Shown here: piece by piece, positions 16,864 through 19,322 of the stretch
Layout of the letters: each line of letters starts with the position of its first letter
Position numbering within the stretch: position 1 is the first letter of the stretch
Source of the DNA: Candidatus Heimdallarchaeota archaeon
GTDB lineage: Archaea; Asgardarchaeota; Heimdallarchaeia; JABLTI01
Length of the DNA: 19,322 bases
Reading direction: 5' to 3'
Assembly (NCBI GenBank): GCA_019056785.1
Contig: DXJV01000014.1
Coordinates: forward strand, 1-19,322
Program-made: the position numbers and the translations under genes
The notes under the pieces: model-generated
What the model was told of the DNA's origin: nothing
The model's input: only the letters and a program-made list of their open reading frames with translations
Databases searched by the model: none

Positions 16864-17811
16864 TCACTTCACAACGCGTGTTCCTGCTTTGCCCTGTAAA
16901 GCTTTGAGAGCATTTGCCGGGTTAGTGATAATTGCATATTTTCCACCATTTTTAACAAAATTAATCGCAGACTCGACTTTTGGTTTCATGCTTCCTTTCG
17001 CAAAAAAGCCTTGCTCAATGTATCTTTCCATTTCAACAATTGAAACCGTTTCAATGGCTTGTTGATTTTCCTTGCCGAAGTTCAAGAAAGCATTTGGAAC
17101 ATTTGTGAGAATCATCAAACCATCGGCATCGATTTGCGTTGCTAAAACCTCGGTCGCACGATCCTTATCTATGACTGCTTCTACATCAATAAAATGACCA
17201 TTTTCACGGGCAACGGGGATTCCGCCGCCACCAACAGCAATAACAATATCCCCTTCTTTTACGCAACGTCGGATGGTTTCACCTTCCAAAATCTCGAGTG
17301 GAATGGGTGAAGGGACAACTTTGCGATAACCACGACCGGCATCGTTAATGTATGTGTCCTTTGTTTTGCGGTGCAATTCAATGGCTTCTTCCTCAGTGTA
17401 GAAAGGACCTATCGGTTTTGTTGGCTCTTTAAAAGCAGGGTCTGACTTGTCAACTAATGCTCTTGTAATAATTGCCACTACTCGCTTGGTTTTCAAGTTG
17501 CATTCAAACAAGCGCTCTTCTAAAGCAGTTTGGATCATAAAACCAATCTGCCCTTGTGACATTGCCCCACAAACATTAAGTGGTTGAGCAGGAATGCCAG
17601 TTTCAATGCCAGCTTGTTGTTGGAGGAGAATATTACCAACCTGTGGACCATTACCGTGCGTGAGAATAACATCATACTCCATATTTATAATGTCTACAAT
17701 AACTTGTATTGCTTTTCGCAAATTTGCAAGCTGCTGTTCATAGGTTTTTGGTTGACCTTTTTGGAGGATCATATTCCCCCCGAGAGCAATTGCAATCAAT
17801 TCCTTAATCAT
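16864..17811 (-). CDS. arcC: Carbamate kinase
   Basis: IALGGN, THGNGPQVG, GAMSQGQIG, DPAF.EPTKPIGPFY, DAGRGYRKVVPSP, GGGGIPV, EAVIDKD, GSMKPKV, AGTRV. Start ATG 17811 (GTG 17817 alternative). Confidence 0.96.
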   Translation of the reverse strand: MIKELIAIALGGNMILQKGQPKTYEQQLANLRKAIQVIVDIINMEYDVILTHGNGPQVGNILLQQQAGIETGIPAQPLNVCGAMSQGQIGFMIQTALEERLFECNLKTKRVVAIITRALVDKSDPAFKEPTKPIGPFYTEEEAIELHRKTKDTYINDAGRGYRKVVPSPIPLEILEGETIRRCVKEGDIVIAVGGGGIPVARENGHFIDVEAVIDKDRATEVLATQIDADGLMILTNVPNAFLNFGKENQQAIETVSIVEMERYIEQGFFAKGSMKPKVESAINFVKNGGKYAIITNPANALKALQGKAGTRVVK

Positions 17812-17933
17812 TAACACTCACAACCACTTTTAGCTAATAATTCATTTAATCATTTAGATGATTAGAGAGAGAAGCAATCTTTCCTAGACTTAAAAAGTTT
17901 ATCAAACTAAAGAAAATAGAGGTGAGAAGACAA

Positions 17934-17949
17934 TTTTTACGCGTAAAAA
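17934..17949. promoter_or_regulatory. Perfect 16-bp palindrome, candidate operator
   Basis: TTTTTACGCGTAAAAA in the divergent arcC/HEAT intergenic region. Confidence 0.4.
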
Positions 17950-18003
17950 GTAAAGGTAAATATATTACTTTAGCTATAGCTTTTTTTATAGGGATGATAG
18001 TCA

Positions 18004-18852
18004 ATGGCTGCTTGGAAGGAAATTGTCAGTCAATTGAAAGAAGCAAAGACTGTTGAAGAAAAGTGTTTATTAATTAAACGACTTGGGGAACGAAAAGAGA
18101 CAAATGCTATGGACAGTCTCATTTCCCTATTAAAGAATGAGGAAAACAACACCATCAAAAGTTTTGCAACAGATGCCATCATTAAAATTGGAGGTAAGAA
18201 AGCAACAATAAAGGCAATCAAATTACTTCGAAACCCCTCATGGGTTACTCGAATGAAAGCAGCTGAAATTCTGGGTGAGCTTGGAAACCGGCTGGCTGTT
18301 TTGCCCTTGATTAGAGTTTTACGTAGTGACACTGAACCAAATGTCAAAGAATGGGCCGCAATTGCCCTTGGAAAGATAAAAGATAAGAGAGCTTGTAAAG
18401 CTTTAGTGAATAGCTTAAGAACTGAGGAAAGCTGGCAGATTCGAATGGAAGCCGCAATAGCTTTGGGTGCAATTCAAAACAAGCAAGTTCTTGAGGACTT
18501 GGTTAATGCTTACTACAATGACCCGGATATTAGAGTGAGATGGGCAGCTGCAACAGCTCAGGCAAAAATCGACAAGCAAAACTCCAGTAGACTAGTGGAG
18601 GAGCTTCGAAATGAATTGCTAAATGTCTTAAAAGAAGAAAAGGATGAAACGATTTTATGCGCCGCAGCAAAAGCCTTGGGAGAAATCGGGGATGTTTCTG
18701 TCTTGAATCAAATGATTAATACAATGAAAATTAGTAAAGAAATGGTCCGGTTAGAACTTAACGTTGCTGTTAATAAAATCGTAAAAAAGCACAACGTCAA
18801 GAACCAGGAAGAATTACTGAAGAATAATAATAATTTAATAAAAAAACCTTAA
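18004..18852 (+). CDS. HEAT/PBS-lyase-like repeat protein
   Basis: Repeated ~31-aa units such as TRMKAAEILGELG, VKEWAAIALGKIK, IRMEAAIALGAIQ, VRWAAATAQAKID and AAAKALGEIGD. Confidence 0.88.
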   Translation: MAAWKEIVSQLKEAKTVEEKCLLIKRLGERKETNAMDSLISLLKNEENNTIKSFATDAIIKIGGKKATIKAIKLLRNPSWVTRMKAAEILGELGNRLAVLPLIRVLRSDTEPNVKEWAAIALGKIKDKRACKALVNSLRTEESWQIRMEAAIALGAIQNKQVLEDLVNAYYNDPDIRVRWAAATAQAKIDKQNSSRLVEELRNELLNVLKEEKDETILCAAAKALGEIGDVSVLNQMINTMKISKEMVRLELNVAVNKIVKKHNVKNQEELLKNNNNLIKKP

Positions 18853-18935
18853 ATGTAAGTAAATGCCTTTTTTTTCATACAATCCAAGTCTTTTAATATG
18901 GGGAATCTAACTTTTCTGTAGGAGAAATACAATCC

Positions 18936-19322
18936 ATGGAAACATCTGATGTATATTTCTATGATAATTGTAACAATCTTAAAGCTGGTGTGAACAAATT
19001 TCTTAAGAAGATCGCAGAAGAAATCGGCGAAACAGAGCTTGTGGGGATTAAAGTTCATTTTGGGGAAAGAGATAACGACACCCATGTGAGTGCGAGCCTT
19101 CTCCAAGATATCCCGAAATTTTTCAAGAAACCCGTCTTTATTGAATGCAATGTCCTCTACCGAGGAAGACGAATGCGAAAAGAGGATCACATTCAACAAG
19201 CAAAAGAACATGGTTTTGGATTCATAGATATTGATATTTTAGATGGAGAAATGGGCGAAGACTATATGGAAGTTGAGCTTGAAACAAAAAACACCAAAAA
19301 AGCGAAACTTGGTCGTGGTTTG
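18936..19322 (+). CDS. DUF362-family (Fe-S associated) protein, 3' truncated by window edge
   Basis: Manual translation METSDVYFYD...VGIKVHFGERDNDTHV...FIECNVLYRGRR...HIQQAKEHGF...ILDGEMG. The KxHFGE and N.LY.G.R..H..A.HGF pattern matches DUF362 as I recall it. GGAGA upstream. Not in the ORF track. Confidence 0.8.
   Translation, partial: METSDVYFYDNCNNLKAGVNKFLKKIAEEIGETELVGIKVHFGERDNDTHVSASLLQDIPKFFKKPVFIECNVLYRGRRMRKEDHIQQAKEHGFGFIDIDILDGEMGEDYMEVELETKNTKKAKLGRGL

Overview
AT-rich prokaryotic window, most likely archaeal. BRE/TATA-like promoters, oligo-T terminators and GGAGG/GGTGA-type ribosome sites support this; an Asgard/Heimdallarchaeia-like origin is my inference from gene content only. 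Left to right: the N-terminus of a signal-peptide-bearing gene running off the left edge (-); about 800 bp of extremely T-skewed non-coding DNA holding two diverged copies of a ~180-bp element; a MacB/FtsX-type ABC exporter (permease + ATPase, -); a peptide ABC importer split into convergent halves (oppF, oppD + / oppC, oppB -) with no substrate-binding gene, and a 5'-disrupted orphan gene between the halves; a stand-alone ABC ATPase with AbrB-like and zinc-ribbon tail that appears to start at ATA; an unknown membrane protein; an M24 (pita-bread) hydrolase with altered metal ligands; a DMT/EamA transporter; TatD; a Cys-repeat orphan; carbamate kinase; a HEAT-repeat protein; and a DUF362-like gene truncated by the right edge. 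No rRNA, tRNA, CRISPR array, transposase or integrase was recognised.
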